Assembly: GCA_964016885.1 (NCBI GenBank)
Contig: OZ024746.1
Location: forward strand, 85,870,001-85,934,000
Length of the DNA: 64,000 nt
Reading direction: 5' to 3'
DNA from: Eledone cirrhosa
Lineage: Eukaryota
Shown piece after piece: positions 61,650 to 64,000 of this stretch. Each line of letters begins with the position of its first letter. The stretch's first letter is position 1. Under the pieces are notes generated by a model. It worked only from the letters and a program-made list of their open reading frames with translations. It searched no databases and was not told the DNA's origin. The position numbers were made by a program, and so were the translations under genes.

Positions 61650-62282
61650 ATATATATAGTTTACATAATTTACATAAATCTTTCGTTGCACATCTGCAAC
61701 ATCGTCAGTGGTGTTATATTCATTGTTCCTCCTGTTGTGTTGTATGCCTAGTGCTTTTTTTTTTTGTTTTTTTTTTGTTTTTTTTTGTTCAGTCTGTCTA
61801 TATATTTATTTATTTATTTGCTTGTTTGTTTATCTTATTTTATTTTGTCTTCTTTGCGCATGCGTTTGCGTGTGTGTATAGTGTTATGTGTGATGTGTGA
61901 CTAGTGTGTATAGTGTTGTGTCTGCTGGGTGACTAGTGTGTGTTTATGTGCTTGTTGTTATTGTGCTTGTGTATGTATTTATTTATCTTATTTTATTTAA
62001 TTTTATTTACTTATTTATACTTCTCTTAGGTCAGTGTTGTTTGTTTGGGTGTTGTTGTTGTTCCACTCATTCTTTCTGTTTAGCTTTGGTCTTCTAATTT
62101 CTATTTCACTGGCCTCTCTGATTTGCCTATCTGCTGGGTCATTCCTATGTTTAGATATTATTCTAATTTCTATGTTGTCTATGTTACCGTCATGTTGTTG
62201 TCTAGCATGTTCGTATAGTACTGACCCGTTTTTTCGTCCTTTTAGTTCCCCCCAGTGTTGGTCTATCCTTTCACCTATGCTA

Positions 62283-62284
<2 letters not shown>
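61650..62284 (-). mobile_element. Penelope-like element 3' end, truncated at (TA)n
   Basis: 62284-62015 is open: RSIGERIDQHW...SVLYEHARQQH...RQIREASEIEIRRPKLNRKNEW* (PLE GIY-YIG C-terminal half), followed by a 3' UTR and a hammerhead. Confidence 0.8.
61668..61714 (-). ncRNA. Minimal hammerhead motif at the PLE 3' end
   Basis: CTGACGA-t-GTTGCA-gatg-TGCAAC-GAA-AGATTT-A; 6-bp stem II, poor stem I. Confidence 0.55.
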
Positions 62285-62370
<86 letters not shown>

Positions 62371-63046
62371 TTTGTTTCTTGTAGTTCCGTACAAGTTACC
62401 TCTCATTGTACTCTATTGATCTTGTAAAATAAATACTGATAGTGGTTATAATCTATGACTAAAATAGCAGGAGATTGTGCTCCAGCATAGACCTTGTCAA
62501 TGACTGAAACAAATAAATAAAACAACAGAAGAACATCGATTTAAATTTAAGATATTTTTAATCAATTTAAAATATTGATGATGGTGATGATAACATTTTC
62601 TAATTTAGGCACAAGGACATCAATTTGGGTCGGGCGGAGCAGTGATTTGTATCGAACTTAGTACTTGACTGCTACTTTATGTTATCGACCCTGGAAGGGT
62701 GAAAGACATCGCTGACTTCGATGGAATAATAATAATAATAATAATTGTTTCTACTTTTGGCACAAGGCCAGCAATTACCCAGTGTATTACTGGTACTTTA
62801 TTTTATCGACCCCGTAAGGATGAAAGACAAAGTCAACCTCGGCGGGATTTGAACTCAGACCGTAAAGGGCCGTAACTCTTTGCTGCAAAGCATGTTGTCC
62901 GATAATAATAATAATAACAACAATAATAATAATAATCATAATAATTGATTCTACATCTGGTACAAGTTCAGCAATCTGAAGGGGAGGGGAAAGTCGATTA
63001 AATCGACCCCAGTGTATTACTGGTACTTTATTGTATCGACCCCGTA

Positions 63047-63091
<45 letters not shown>

Positions 63092-63604
63092 TACTTTTGA
63101 CACAAGGCCATCAATCACCCCAGTGCATTACTGGTACTTTATTTTATCGACCCTGTAAGGATGAAAGGCAAAGTTAACGTCGGTGGGATTTGAACTCAGT
63201 ACGTAAAGGACCATAACTCCATGCTGCAAAGCATGGTGTCTGATGCTAATGATGATGATGATGGTGATAATAAAAATGATAATTAAAATGATATTTATAA
63301 TGATGATAATTATTTTAAAAAAAAAAGATTAAGAAATAAAAAATGTAAAAATGTAGCGCAGTTACATTGAATGTATTTCAAACTGTAACGTGGTTGTTGG
63401 TTTTAGTTACTGTTCATTAGTATAACAAACTATATCTGTGATATAATGGGGTAGATATGAACATAGTAAAATGTTTGAGTGAAGATGTTGTTGTTACTGT
63501 TGTCTGATTGAGCAGATATGGGATCAAAGGCATTCCAGCCATGAAAGTTACATTATCTAATGTGTAATTTCTTTTATTTATATATAGGGAGACAAGAGAT
63601 ATTA

Positions 63605-63975
63605 TTCTAATTACAGAGGGATCTCCTTGGCAAGCCTCCCCGGTAAAGTCTAGGTTAAGTGTCTGGCAAAGAGATACAGGGAGATTGTAGAGTCCAGGAT
63701 AGTTGATGAACAGTGCAGTTTTCGCTCCGGACGCAGCCCAGCCGACCTAATATTCCCACTGCGGCAGGTATTCGAGAAATCGTAGGAGTATTGCTAAGTG
63801 GTAGACCTTGAGCAAGATGGTTGGATAGCATCCATGAGCTTGGCTGGCCTCGCTTGGGGATCCAGTCGGATTATTTGGAGACGGTTGCTTCTGACAGGAC
63901 CTGTTGGAAGGAGTTTTTGAGGACTCTGTTCCTACGAACCTCTCAGGAATAATTGGAGGAAGAAGAAGAAGACAA
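63605..63975 (+). mobile_element. Internally deleted RTE LINE fragment
   Basis: NYRGISLASLPGKV...DEQCSFRSGRSPADLIFPLRQVFEK; (GAA)n tail. Confidence 0.75.
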
Positions 63976-64000
63976 TATATTTTCTCAATTACTCTCTGAA

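Overview
AT-rich, intron-rich animal DNA packed with (TA)n/(CA)n microsatellites, SINEs and RTE LINEs. The repeat landscape looks like a coleoid cephalopod (octopus-like), which is an inference. Three spliced host genes can be assembled by eye: the last three coding exons of clathrin heavy chain (+, 1077-4487), a complete five-exon CRIPT gene that the ORF track misses (-, 33352-13662, 99 aa, with an 18-nt microexon), and a ~838-aa Sororin/Dalmatian-like cohesin regulator (+, 43674-51245). The most unusual region is the ~7-kb gap between the divergent CRIPT and Sororin starts. It holds ~7.3 apparently identical copies of a non-coding 615-bp unit (34652-39156) in two opposed arms, inserted into (TA)n with permuted ends and flanked by five hammerhead-ribozyme motifs. 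This suggests rolling-circle (retrozyme-like) copying of a circular template by Penelope-like (PLE) machinery, though an assembly artefact must be excluded. Other notable items are PLE GIY-YIG fragments with hammerheads, an HDV-like ribozyme candidate, a palindromic Merlin derivative with a 9-bp TSD, and a 13.1-kb block bounded by inverted TIRs and an 8-bp direct repeat that makes up most of CRIPT intron 1. All calls are by visual inspection; no searches or folding programs were run.
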